NCBI RefSeq assembly: GCF_001194135.2
Contig: NC_068984.1
Location: 81,369,666 to 81,422,764 of the forward strand
Direction of reading: 5' to 3'
Origin: Octopus bimaculoides
Taxonomy: Eukaryota
Length of the DNA: 53,099 nucleotides
Shown: one piece after another, positions 1-11,592 of the stretch
How the letters are laid out: each line of letters begins with the position of its first letter
Position numbering within the stretch: the stretch's first letter is position 1
Program-made: the position numbers and the translations under genes
The notes under the pieces: generated by a model
The model's database searches: none
What the model saw: the letters and a program-made list of their open reading frames with translations, nothing else
What the model was told of the DNA's origin: nothing

Positions 1-124
1 GCAGACCATCCAGAAAGTATCAGCTTGAGGGAAGAGGCCTATACCAACAATGAGTTGGTGCTCTTTTTCAGTAGAGTAAACTGGAACAACATGAACTAAA
101 ACACCTTGCTCAAAGAGAAAAGTC

Positions 125-280
125 ATCATCATAATTTAACATCCATTTTCCATGCTAGCATGGGTTGGATGGTTTGACAGGAGCTGGACAGCTGGAGAGG
201 AGCACCAGCTCCAATTGTCTGTTTTGCCATGATTTCTACAGCTGGATACCTTTCTTAATGCCAACCACTTGATTGTGGAT
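125..280 (-). mobile_element. RTE-type 3' tail fragment (SINE or LINE end)
   Basis: Reverse complement of the tail at 5500-5662 (catcatcat...ttccatgctagcatgggttgga...cagctggat...ttcttaatgccaaccact). Confidence 0.75.
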
Positions 281-637
281 TTGATAGATGAAAGCTGAAA
301 GAAGGCCATCATGTGTATATGAGTGTGTGTATGGCCACAGTCTAATGACTGAAACAAGTAAAATATATACACACACACACATTATATATATATATACACA
401 CACACACACAAATATATACATACAAGGTTAAGGAATGGAGTAGATAAAATCCAGGTTACATATGTTTCATAGCGAGTGGAACCTCAGAAGTGATAAATAT
501 CCAATGAGGTGTGTACTCTTCAGGCAAAGGATATCTTGATTAAATGAAAGTTTACATTGTTGCAAGGAGGTACATGTTAACACATGGAAGATTCAATCAG
601 ATTTCTGGATCTTATATATACACACATGTATATATAC

Positions 638-680
<43 letters not shown>

Positions 681-905
681 TGTATAAATGTAAGTGTGTA
701 TATGTGTTTGTGTACCCTTGTCTAGATCTTACATGATGGTTCCAAACAAGCATCGTTTAACATATTCCCTTCTCTGATTCACACACTTATTGCAGCAGTC
801 CTTCAGTTTTTCTAAGCCCTGTAAAAGAACTTGGAAGGTTGGGCCTCCGACAATGCCTTTCACAACACCCTTAAAACCAGGAACTTTTCAGCACCATCTC
901 ATACA

Positions 906-1490
906 TTTACCCTTTTCCCCACTTTAAGGTGAACTTATGTCCCAAGACAGTCCAAAGAAACCTGCAGCTCTAACTGTTTGGTCTCTACTGTGAAGCATGG
1001 AAATGGCTCTGTGGACAGCCATATCACAAGAATTTTCTTGACACCATAGCTGTTGATCATGACAAAGCTAACACTAAGGAATATCTGAGTATTTTGGCAA
1101 ATTCTATAGTACAATGTTCCCCGTAGAGCATCATCCAGGATGAAAATGCACCAATTCACATAAATGTTATTTAAAATTAGTACAAAGGGTGCAAAAGTGA
1201 AGCAGACTACTTGGATTATCCCCAACACACACACAATCAGTGGATTTCAATATAATGGAATATTTATGGTGCATTTTGAACTAGCAAGTGTGGAACTGCT
1301 TCCCCTCCACTAACATTGTTGAAAGAACTAAAGCATAGTTTACTTGAAGAATGGCTCAATATTCCCCTAACAATGATTTAGACCCTGTTCAAGTCAATTC
1401 CTCAATGCATAGAAGTTGTTAGTGATGCCAACAATAGATCAACACTATATTAAATGATAAAATTTCCCTAACTGTTTTCATCATTTTATT
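906..1490 (+). pseudogene. Degenerate Tc1-family (DD34E-like) transposase, 3' half
   Basis: Translation across stops and frameshifts gives FTLFPT..RQSKE...CLVSTVKHGNGSV, KEYLSILA, QDENAPIH, QSVDFNIMEYLW and LKELKHSLLEEWLNIPL..I*TLFKSIPQCIEVV...STLY* (stop 1451-1453). These match the Tc1 motifs TVKHGGGSVM, QDNAPxH, SPDLNxIExLW and the C-terminal PRR...GGxTxY region. Confidence 0.85.
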
Positions 1491-1557
1491 TATGTGTGTG
1501 CATGTATGCAGAAACTGAAAGAGACCTGTCGTACACACACACACACACACACACACA

Positions 1558-1710
1558 TGACATGTTTCTGTCTACCAAATCTACACAAAGGCACTGGTTG
1601 GTTGGGACTTTAGTAGAAGACACTTACCCAAGGGGCCATGGCAGTGGGACTGAACTCAAGACCACATGGTTTGGATTCAAGAAGCTAGCTTCTTAACCAC
1701 ATAGTCACAA
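1558..1710 (-). mobile_element. tRNA-derived SINE, family A (octopus OK/OR-type), 5' part
   Basis: Contains tctaccaaatctacacaaagg...tagtagaagacacttacccaagg...cagtgggactgaac. On the minus strand this is a B-box-like gttcagtccc followed by the CORE-like segment ccttgggtaagtgtctt. The family name is recalled, not database-verified. Confidence 0.8.
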
Positions 1711-2476
1711 GCACACACACAACAATATGTATGTATATATTTGTATGTCATCATAAGTCTTCTTAATCTGGCCCAACAGGGGTGGGAGCTAAACATCTAA
1801 ACATCAATAATTAAATAAATTATCAACAAAACAACTAATGTAAATGTTAAAATTATTGCTATTAAGTTCTCTATCCTTTTAACTAAACAGGGGTGGTGAA
1901 TGTGGAGATCTGATGGCATTCAAATTCACAAACTGCTTTTAGACTATTTCTATTGAATTGATTGCACCAAACGTCATGGGCACTCTTAAAGTGTTTTGCT
2001 TATGTATTTAAAGATTTGTAGGAGAGACGCATAAGAGAAAGAAGGTGGGGGAGACTTTGTGTGTGTGTGTGTGTGTGTGTTATTACTACTGCAGAACTGA
2101 AGTGCATAAGAATCTATCTAAACAGAGAATCTTCATGCTGCTTGTTGAATTAAAAGAAAACAAGAGCAAGAGACAGGAATCTTATAAAAGAAACCTGTTT
2201 TAAGAAAATAAGAAGGAAAAAGTTGACAGCCTTATTAATAGATGAACAAAACACAAGAACAATTTAAACCATGGAAGAAGCAACCTTAGAGAAAGAGAAA
2301 GACGAAAATACAATTAGCTCGCTCTTTTTTTTTTGCAATGAATAAAAACACCAACTGACATAGACATGTGTATTCATGCAGAAAGTCATTCAACTATAAA
2401 ATGCAATATTAATTAAATTGATAAACCGTAACTTTGGTGCAACAAAACAAAAAACAAACATGATAAATGACTTATC

Positions 2477-2517
<41 letters not shown>

Positions 2518-2928
2518 TGTGTGTGAGAATCTATTTTAGATTGAGAATATATTACAAAGATAGGGAGAGGCTTATTACAAGTAAAGGTAAATGATAACTG
2601 TTTTAATTGCAGCAAAGATCATTAAGAATGTGAGAGAAAAAAAAAAGTTTATTTAAAGGAATCCAATACTTTTGAAGAAAATGTTAAAGTGCCTTTTCAG
2701 AAAAGTACTTTAGGAAGAATGAAATCAAGCAATTGAAATGAATCTGAAAGAAGGAATTGAAGAAAACATCACCCTTTTACAAAAGAAGTGTAATGAAAAC
2801 AAAATGAAAGAAAGAGAGAAAGAAAGGGAGAAAGAAAGGAAGAAAGAAAGAAAAAGAAAGCAAGAAGCTTTGGGCTGAGAGAACACTCTGCAGCAGGTAT
2901 TTATTGCTTTTTCTTTAGGAGTAAGAGC

Positions 2929-2931
<3 letters not shown>

Positions 2932-2995
<64 letters not shown>
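2932..2995. repeat. (AG)n microsatellite running into a gap
   Basis: About 32 perfect AG units. Confidence 0.98.
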
Positions 2996-3551
2996 NNNNN
3001 NNNNNNNNNNNNNNNNNNNNNNNNNNNNNNNNNNNNNNNNNNNNNNNNNNNNNNNNNNNNNNNNNNNNNNNNNNNNNNNNNNNNNNNNNNNNNNNNNNNN
3101 NNNNNNNNNNNNNNNNNNNNNNNNNNNNNNNNNNNNNNNNNNNNNNNNNNNNNNNNNNNNNNNNNNNNNNNNNNNNNNNNNNNNNNNNNNNNNNNNNNNN
3201 NNNNNNNNNNNNNNNNNNNNNNNNNNNNNNNNNNNNNNNNNNNNNNNNNNNNNNNNNNNNNNNNNNNNNNNNNNNNNNNNNNNNNNNNNNNNNNNNNNNN
3301 NNNNNNNNNNNNNNNNNNNNNNNNNNNNNNNNNNNNNNNNNNNNNNNNNNNNNNNNNNNNNNNNNNNNNNNNNNNNNNNNNNNNNNNNNNNNNNNNNNNN
3401 NNNNNNNNNNNNNNNNNNNNNNNNNNNNNNNNNNNNNNNNNNNNNNNNNNNNNNNNNNNNNNNNNNNNNNNNNNNNNNNNNNNNNNNNNNNNNNNNNNNN
3501 NNNNNNNNNNNNNNNNNNNNNNNNNNNNNNNNNNNNNNNNNNNNNNNNNNN

Positions 3552-3730
3552 NTATATATATATATATATGGGAGAATGTACGAAAAAAAACAACAACAGA
3601 CGAGGACAGGTAGTGTAAACAACAAAAGGATGTATTAGTTTGACGCTCGGGAATACAGAAAGTCTTTAACGTTTCGAGCTACGCTCTTCAACAGAAAGAA
3701 TACGGAGAAAACAAGGAGAAAAAAATTATA
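3552..3730 (-). mobile_element. Penelope-like element (PLE) terminal-repeat remnant, copy 1
   Basis: Reverse complement aligns end to end with 52465-52650. It carries the ...GAAACGT... hammerhead-type motif typical of PLE termini and ends in a (TA)n tract. Confidence 0.65.
3663..3699 (-). ncRNA. Minimal type I hammerhead ribozyme-like motif
   Basis: Minus strand reads UCUUU-CUGUUGA-A-GAGC-GUA-GCUC-GAAA-CGU-U-AAAGA. Helix I is UCUUU/AAAGA (5 bp), helix II is GAGC/GCUC, and helix III would need the palindromic ACGU. The core has A6->U relative to CUGANGA. Predicted cleavage is between 3668 and 3667. Confidence 0.55.
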
Positions 3731-4089
3731 TATATTAGGCTAATGGATATATTAGTGTGTTAATGTGTTGAGTAAAGCACTGGCACAGTTTGGGCTACCT
3801 GATGTCATCTGCAGTTGGGGTATATTTCCGTTGGATTTACTTCAGGAATTCTGCAGTATTTAGTTGAGATAATAGTATTTGAATAAGTAACGAGAAGATG
3901 GATTAGTCTTTATTTCGTATCACAATCATTTCAACCTGCCCTACAACTGTCCCTTATGGGTGGGATTCTTTGCATCATGTTGTGTTGCATCCATTTTGCA
4001 GGGTAATTTCATAGAAACGTGGGACAGGCATGAAACCCACCATCTCAGATTTTCACCAAATTTTGACCAGTTCCTATGGCTAAATGCCC

Positions 4090-4355
4090 TTCCAACCACT
4101 TTATAGTGTGTGCTTGGTGCTTCTAACAAGGCACCACACAGTAGCACTGACATAAGTGCTTTTCATGTAGCATCAACACACGACTCTTGCAGGCCAATCC
4201 TTTTCACCAGAGGGGGTGGCCTTAATACTTCTACTGTGAAGGAGGGGTCTTCTTTAGTACAGCGAAGTACCAGGTATTTCAGTCCTTTGTCATCTCATTT
4301 GAAATGTTCAGCATCCTGAGGTTATCCATCAGCACTTTACCCGATGTCACATTTA
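4090..4355 (-). mobile_element. RTE LINE 3' end (ORF2 C-terminus plus start of 3' UTR)
   Basis: Minus strand translates TSGKVLMDNLRMLNISNEMTKD*NTWYFAVLKKT, matching the RTE ORF2 C-terminal TW.EVV..DL..L.L..EMT.DR..W..AV pattern. Confidence 0.65.
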
Positions 4356-4369
4356 CTGTGAGTTACATG

Positions 4370-4525
4370 TATGGATCAAAATAGTTTAATTCAAATTTGT
4401 TGGTACTCCGAGTTTCAAGCCTGATGTCAATCCTCAGCTATTGGGAATTCCCAATGCCTGGAGATTAGCATCATGCTTGAAACTCGGAGTACCAACAAAT
4501 TTGAATCAAACTGTTTTGATCCATA
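4370..4525. mobile_element. Fully palindromic MITE-like element with TA ends
   Basis: Gapless inverted repeat with 78-nt arms, 69/78 pairs complementary and no loop. TA occurs at 4370-4371 and 4524-4525. Confidence 0.8.
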
Positions 4526-4829
4526 TATATAGATATATACTCTTATGTACACACACACATACAGTTATTATTTGGATGGGTCACAACTCCAATACAAAAT
4601 ACACTCTGGTTTTATTTCACTTGGTTTACTATTAATCAGATAATTATTTAATTAAGAAATAAATTGATGAAAGGAAATAAAACTGAAGTGAAAGATAAGG
4701 CCATGTCAAATTGGGAGTATGTTTTATTGATGTACCTCAATAACTGTTGCAACACCAATTTCACATTGTGACTCTTGCAAAACTAATTCAAAAATGAAAC
4801 ACACACACACACACATAGACATGTATAAA

Positions 4830-5160
4830 AGGATAAAGACCCCCTTAGGTCATGAATGACCATAAGATTGCACTTAGAAAGTTCCCCACCTAGGCACAAG
4901 TCCATGGAAGACTAGCAGTCACCTATGCATACCAGCCTCCTCTCTCCATGCCACTGACGTTATCCAAGAAAAAGGTGAAGACCTACATAGCTTGGCACCA
5001 GTGATGTCGCAACTCATTTCTACAGCTGAGTGAACAGGAGCAACATGAAATAAAGTGTCTTGCTCAAGAGCACAACTCACAGCCCAGTTGTCCATGAATT
5101 GAACTCACTACCTCTTGATTGTAAGCCCAGCACTGTAACCACTGAGCCATGCACCTTCAC
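4830..5160 (-). mobile_element. tRNA-derived SINE, family D
   Basis: The right end (aaccactgagccatgcacc) is the reverse of an A-box tggctcagtggtt. The body has the CORE/V-like tcttgagcaagacacttt. A homologous fragment lies at about 60-120. Confidence 0.7.
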
Positions 5161-5214
5161 AGTGAAGACATGTACACAGACTTGAAATTGTAATTGAACC
5201 AAATTCGATGACTG

Positions 5215-5662
5215 GCACCCATGCCAGTGGAGCGCTAACAGCACTGTCTGAGTGTGATCATTGCCAGAGCAGCTGTCTGGCTTCCGTGCCGGTGGCACGT
5301 AAATAGCACCATTTGAGCATGATCGTTAGCAGCGTCACCTTACTAGCACTTGTGCCGGTGGCACGTGAAAAAACATTCAAGCAAGGTCATTGCCAGTGCT
5401 GCAGGACTGGCATGCAAAAAACACCATTTGAGCATGGCCATTGCCAGTTCTGCTTGACTGGCCTTTGTACCGGTGGCACGTAAAAACACCCACTACACTC
5501 TTGGAGTGGTTGGCATTAGGAAGGGCATCCAGCTGTAGAAACTCTGCCAAATCAGATTGGAGCCTTGTGCAGCCATCTGGTTCGCCAGTCCTCAGTCAAA
5601 TCATCCAACCCATGCTAGCATGGAAAGCGGACGTTAAACGATGATGATGATGATGATGATGA
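5215..5662 (+). mobile_element. RTE-type 3' tail with internal tandem GTGCC-ggt-GGCAC hairpin units and (GAT)n end
   Basis: Three units gt(g/a)ccggtggcacgt at about 5287, 5351 and 5467, then ggcattaggaagggcatccagctgtagaaac...ccatgctagcatggaaagcggacgttaaacgatgatgatg. Confidence 0.8.
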
Positions 5663-6111
5663 TATACATATATACTTACATATAAATATATACACATGCA
5701 CATTAATATATATGCATACATATATATAATATACACAGGTCACATATGTACTGTCATCACCATCATCATCATTTCATGTTTACTCTTCCATACTTGCAGA
5801 CATCAGGCAACGCTTGTTGAGGCAGATTTTGTGTGGCCAATTGCCTTTCCTGTGACCAATCCTCACTGGTTTCCAAGCAAAGTAATGTTTCATTTAGTCC
5901 TTTTGCACTCTTAATAATCAAACATATTTTTGTTGAAGACTGTAAGCAATAACACATTCGTTTGAATGTTTATAACAAGCAAGTAAATGTGAAAAACAAA
6001 GGAAGATGCAAACACACACATAAAAGTTTCTATGTTATTATGTTGGCTCCAGCCTAGTAATTCCAACTGGTGCCAATATAACACAAAATATAGTAATAAT
6101 AATAATAATAA

Positions 6112-6505
6112 TAATAATACCCCAACGATGGAATTTCATAAATATTTTAATGCATCGCTACATGTGTTTCCACAAAACAAATGTTGTTTGTGACTACAAT
6201 CTTGCATCCATTATAATTTGCAATATCCATGGATATTATGATTAATCATTTCTCATGCATTCATTTTGTCAGGCAATAATGTTGGAAGTAACGACATTTG
6301 TTACTTTCAATTCTAATGCTATATCGCCCAACAAAATGAATACATGAACAATGACTAACCGTAATATCCATGGATATTACAAATTATATTGCAATCATCC
6401 TATCGATGCTGATTATAGTCACAAACATGTGATTTGTGGAAACGCACACAGTGATACATTAACATATTTATGAAATTTCATCTTTGGATTATCATTATTA
6501 TTACT
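6112..6505. mobile_element. Fold-back (long inverted repeat) element embedded in (AAT)n
   Basis: Arm about 6112-6275 matches the reverse complement of about 6320-6505 (gatg.aatttcataaata..ttaatg.atc.ct...gtttccacaaa...tttgtgacta.aatc). Each arm has the self-palindrome aatatccatggatatt (6222-6237; 20-bp version at 6361-6380). Confidence 0.75.
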
Positions 6506-7267
6506 ATATATATATAGACAGAGAGCCAATAGTGAGGGATTATCAATCTGGGCAAAATACTTCATAAGCTCTCCGTTGGCACACCAGGCTAACAATATTA
6601 TTTAGATTGGCAGGGTCCAAGGCATATGGTTCATTGCAATTCCATATTGTAAATCAATGGATGGGCTCCAGACAAACTGTTTTTTTAACAGAGTGATATA
6701 CTTGCCTTTATATATATATATATGTATGTGTGTATATATATATGTATGTGTGTATATATATACACACACATACACATATACAGTAGGGTTCTTACACTTT
6801 TCCATTTACCAATTCACTCACTAAACATTGGTCAGTCAGAACCCATACACCATAGTAAAAGACACCAGCCAACAATGTCACATGGAGCAAACAAAATGCT
6901 AAACCGTGTTATTTTGAAGTTAACATACAGCCCTGCCTGCAAACTACCCCAACACCCAACACATAGATGGCTACATCATCATTACTTTAATGTTGACTCT
7001 TCCATGCTCAAATGGGCTAGATAGAATTTGTGGAGGCAGATTTTCTACAGCCAAATGTCCATTTTGTTGCCAAACCTCACTTGTCGCCCTTTTTGTTGCC
7101 AAATCTCACTCTAGTAAGATGATATTTCCCTGTGACTAGACAGAAAATTGAAAATGAATGACTGCTTGCTTGCATGGTGAAGGCACTAGTTTACAACTAT
7201 CAAATGATACCGAGGCAAGGAGATAGTAGCACACACACACACACACATGTATACACATATATGTGTA

Positions 7268-7412
7268 TATGACGGGTTTCTTTCAGTTTCTGTCTACCAA
7301 ATCTACTAACAAGGCTTTGGTCAGCCCAGGATTACAGCAGAAGACACCTGCCTAAGGTGTTGCACAATGAGGCTGACCCTGGAACCATGTGGTTGAGAAA
7401 TAAACTTCTTAC
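7268..7412 (-). mobile_element. SINE family A, 5' part
   Basis: gacgggtttctttcagtttctgtctaccaaatctact...gaagacacctgcctaaggtg...ggaaccatgtggttg, homologous to 1558-1710. Confidence 0.8.
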
Positions 7413-7640
7413 GACATAATGAAATAAAATATCTATATTATCCAGTCTCCAGTGAAAATAGAATTGAAGGACATATGAAAATAAGCTCAGAGCTTTAAGA
7501 TTGTGATGATGCAACTGTTATTTTCAGAACAATATTGTAAGGTAGGTGAGAAAAGTCAGATCTAGTCAGTTGGTCTGAACATAAAACAGGTGGAATATTT
7601 GCCACACATTTGTTTGTTTTTTTACAGACAAAGTCATTAA

Positions 7641-7861
7641 CTTTTTAGCATTTAGATTACTCTATCAAATGTAATGTATAATTTATTTAGACTGTTTTGA
7701 ATTAATCATGTGTTATTTCATAGTTTTGAGATTGTGATGATGTGTTATTTTCAGAATGAAATTGTAAGGTAGGCGTGAAAAGTCAGATCTAGTTGGTTGG
7801 TTTGAACATAGAACAGGTTAGAATATTTCAGCCAGATATGTCTGGTTTGACTACTACAGGG
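7641..7861. mobile_element. piggyBac-like MITE with TTAA TSD; partial second copy at about 7490-7600
   Basis: TTAA at 7637-7640 and 7862-7865, with a ...caggg|TTAA right end. The internal ~110 bp (gagattgtgatgatg...gtaaggtagg.g.gaaaagtcagatctagt...tgaacata.aacagg) is duplicated immediately upstream. Confidence 0.6.
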
Positions 7862-8002
7862 TTAATCTTACCACAGGCTGATGTAGCCTTAACTAGCAGC
7901 AGTATGCTACATTACATTGGGTAGTATTGTTAATATCCCGATACAATATGCAGCTAAACAGTATTTCCATATTTTTTCATTTTAAAAGTATCTCTAAGTA
8001 GT

Positions 8003-8350
8003 TATCCTTTATCTTCTACTTGTATCAATTGTTAGAATGTGGCCATGCTGGGGCATTGCTCTGAAGGGTTTAGTCAAAAAAATGAGCTCAAGATTTATTT
8101 CTTTAAAGTTTTCATTCTATTGGTCTCTTTTGTGAAACCTAAGTTACGGGAATATTAAACAAACCAACACCAGTTGTCAAACAGTGACTAACACACAAAC
8201 ATATATACATACATATTTGACAGGCTTTCACATAGTTTCCACCTACCAAATTCGCTTACAAGGCATTGGTTGGGCTGGGACAATAGTAGAAGATACTTGA
8301 TCAAGGTACTGCACAGTGGGACTGAACTTGAAAGTATGTTGTTGCAAAAT
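8003..8350 (-). mobile_element. SINE family A, near full length
   Basis: Tail (tacttgt...gtggccatgctggggcattg...tttagtcaaa) plus head (ctaccaaattcgcttacaagg...tagtagaagatacttg...cagtgggactgaac). Confidence 0.8.
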
Positions 8351-8892
8351 GAACTCTACGCACATGCACACACTTATGTTTATTTTTCATTAGTACCTCA
8401 AGTAACTGACTTCCTCTTTAAATCTGATTTTTAAAAAACTTTCTCATTATTACCAGATGAAAAATATATCAGGCTATAAGAAAGCAGTAACTTTGAATAA
8501 AAAAGCTTAATGCTCAGTTGTGGGGACTTTTTAGTCTTGGTAGAGGCAAAATGAAATGCACCCAGTCTATGCTGTGAAATGTTTGACGAACAATAAGTAG
8601 AACTTCTAAGCTTAAAAATCATACCAAGCACAAACAATACATACAACAAATAATGCTTTATATTTCTGCTGCTTGCATTGAAATGCTGGGACAATGAATG
8701 ACGAGATGCTGTGTCATCCAACATATACCAGCATGTAACAACAAACTCAATAAAGCAATAATGATCATGATATACATATTGTGAGTGTGTGTGTGAGAGA
8801 GTAACAGTAAACAAGCAGACATAAAAATGATTATGTCGATATATATGACAAGATATCTATTTATCTATCCTTATACAGACACACACACACAT

Positions 8893-10647
8893 ACAGGACT
8901 CTCCAGGTTATGGGAATAGTATCTTTTTGAGAAACTTGTAACACGAAATTACTTCTATTGATTTCCATGTTATAAAGTGATGTGTTCTGATGGATTTTTT
9001 AATTTTTTTATAAACAACAAAACAAGCAACAAGGCCACTTTTATGCATGAAAATAGCAATTTCTAAACATACATGATACGATATACATATGTAAAAGCAT
9101 CCAGGTTACATTTTTGCCACAAACAATGTTTGACTACTATGTGAGGGATAAAGGTGGAGGAATGAGAGTTACTAAAAGGATGAGGGCTCCTGTCTTATAG
9201 TTCATCATCATCATCAATACCTGCTTGAAAATTGAAGAACTCACCTAAAGTAGTTCAGTGTTTATGGCATATCATCTAAATAGTAAGTTAAGTGTAAGAA
9301 CTGAGCTCAATGTAAATTCTTGTAATTTTTATGTAAAGTTCACAATTAAGGTTGTTATCAGCAAAAACTTGCAGCAACTTCCTCTATAAGTGCCAACCCA
9401 TTAGCAATATTCTCTGCATTAAATCTAAGTGGAGTTGGTGGAATTTCCGTACCCTCATTTGCATATTTAACTGCCTCTTGTTCTAACATTACCAGCTTCT
9501 CGTTAGATAAACTTTGTCTAGAATGCTAGCACCACATCATCCTCTATGACATTTTCAAGTGTCATACTAGCTTTCAGAACTTGATGCAGACTTTCAGCTT
9601 ATGGAAATCTTGTAAAGTCATGATACAGTCTGTCCATTTATCTTTTTTAAAGCGCCATTCAAAGTTGAGGGTTGCACTTCATCCCATGACTCACCAATCT
9701 TAATCACAGCATTCATTATGTTGAATTTCTTCCAGAGGCCCCTAACTAGGTTTATCCCCACTTTCAAAAAGGTTTGAGAGTTCTCAGATAATATGCCTTA
9801 ACAGTAGCCATCACACTTCGATCCATTGGCTGAAGCAAAGAATCCATATTATTGGGGATATATTCTACTTTCATATTCTCAGAAAGCTCATTTAAATTTA
9901 CTGGGAGGCTCGCTGCATTGTCTAAAAGGAGCACTGCTTTGTTGCAAATATTATGTTTGGTACTGCACTGTTCTAAACCACTCTTAAGAAAAAATTTTCA
10001 GTCAACCTGGCCTTCTCATTTGAACACCAAATCAGATGCAAATTAAGCTTTGAAAGCCTATGGATTTTCAGAATTTAATTTCATATCAACAATGGTATTT
10101 CCTCGCAGAAGTAGCAGACTATTTTTGGAAGCTTTAAATCCTGGCATTGATTTTTCTTTTCAAGAAACAAAGTTCAAGCAGGTATGAGCTTCTAGAAAAG
10201 TGCTGTTTCAACAACAATGTATACTTGAATGGGTGCATAACTCCTCCAGCAATCATTTGTTTTCAGCTGGTCAGTATAAGTAGAAGCATCCTTTGTGTCA
10301 GCACTAGCAGCTTCACTTTCAAACCAGCCTTTATTAGCCAGAATGCAGAGTTTGATTCTAGGTCCAAACACTGAAGAGTCATTCCATTTTAAGCATCACA
10401 TTACATTAGATCTATGATAAACTAAGGTCCAAGCAGTTAACAGAATAACTTCAAGCACTTGATTTAATTTTCTCACTATTGTTACGTATTGGCTGCAAGC
10501 TTTAATGTTTTGGTAATGTGGTTGATTTTTTTCTCCTCCTGCATCAAGCCTTTTTAAAACAGCAAGTTTAATATACAGTGTAATCTTTTTACAGTTCCTT
10601 TTTGCATTACAAGCTTCAGTTCCACTTGATGGTTTCTTTCCTGACAT
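8893..10647 (-). pseudogene. Degenerate pogo/Tigger (TIGD1/CENP-B-like, DDE_1) transposase element
   Basis: N-terminus MSGKKPSSGTEACNAKRNCKKITLYIKLAVLKRLDAGGEK resembles the CENP-B-type HTH. Across frameshifts it continues LKME*LFSVW, ANKGWFES, EAASADTKDA, GYAPIQVYIVVETALF*K, KSMPGFKASKNSLLLL, KAVLLLDNAASLP, KVEYIPNNMDSLLQPMDRSVMATVKAYYLR, WKKFNIMNAVIKIGESWDEV and an acidic end GEFFNFQAGIDDDDEL* (about 9198). A Tigger-like terminus TA|caggactctccaggttatg lies near 8893. The right TIR was not found. Confidence 0.9.
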
Positions 10648-10896
10648 CTTGAATTGTAGGTAAATCCAACAGTGGTATCAATCAACAATTATGCACAACA
10701 AATATGTAGTAAAAAATAAAAGAGTATCAGGAAAGCATTGTTTTGTGAAAGCAAACAATTGTTATCTTATTCTTATTGATATAAGAATAGAAATGAAAAG
10801 ACGAAGGAGTGAGGTGGGAGGAAGTATTGAACAATTACAGTCAGTTAAAGGGTTACCAGGTTCACAAGGACTTTATACTTGCACCTCTGACTTGAG

Positions 10897-11204
10897 TAGG
10901 GCTGGCTAACCTGAGGCCTGTGGGCCACATGCAGCCCACTGACACTTTCTTGAAATAGGTTTATTTAAACAAACATTTAAAAAATTTTATCAAAAATTAA
11001 AGATTGTAATGAAAAGTAAAAGAGAAAGATACTACTGTGTTTGCAACGATAATTTTTCATGTTGAATCAATGATCGTTCATTCATTATTGTAATAATAGC
11101 ATGAGAAAGCAAAATGCTTTCAAGTCTGTCAGTATACAAGTGGCCCTCAAAAAACTTTCTGCGATTAAAGTGGCCCACAATGTAATTGAAGTTGGCCAGG
11201 CCTG
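10897..11204. mobile_element. hAT (Charlie-like) MITE
   Basis: TIRs tagggctggctaac (10897-10910) and gttggccaggcctg (11191-11204). 8-bp TSD gacttgag/gacttgaa (7/8). Subterminal ggccc motifs are present. Confidence 0.8.
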
Positions 11205-11545
11205 GACTTGAATAATAATAAAACACTCATTGCACTCAAACATACACACCATTATGTTGATATACAACGTATGTGGCTACAGATATTGCCATCATGATGT
11301 TACTATTACTGTTGCTGCTAGCTGTTTATTCAAAAGCTGGTTGGTTTGTACTGGAGGGAGTATTGTTGTTGGTCAGATGTTTCTTGCTAATTGCGTTGTT
11401 GTTGCTTTTTAGTCTCAAATCAATCCTTATGGATATAGGATCAAAAGCATTTTAGTCAACATTTAAAATACACAAGTACTGTGTTATCTCCCTATCATTG
11501 TAATCTTTAATTCAGATGGTGTTGCTGATCTTGTTTATACTACTG

Positions 11546-11592
<47 letters not shown>

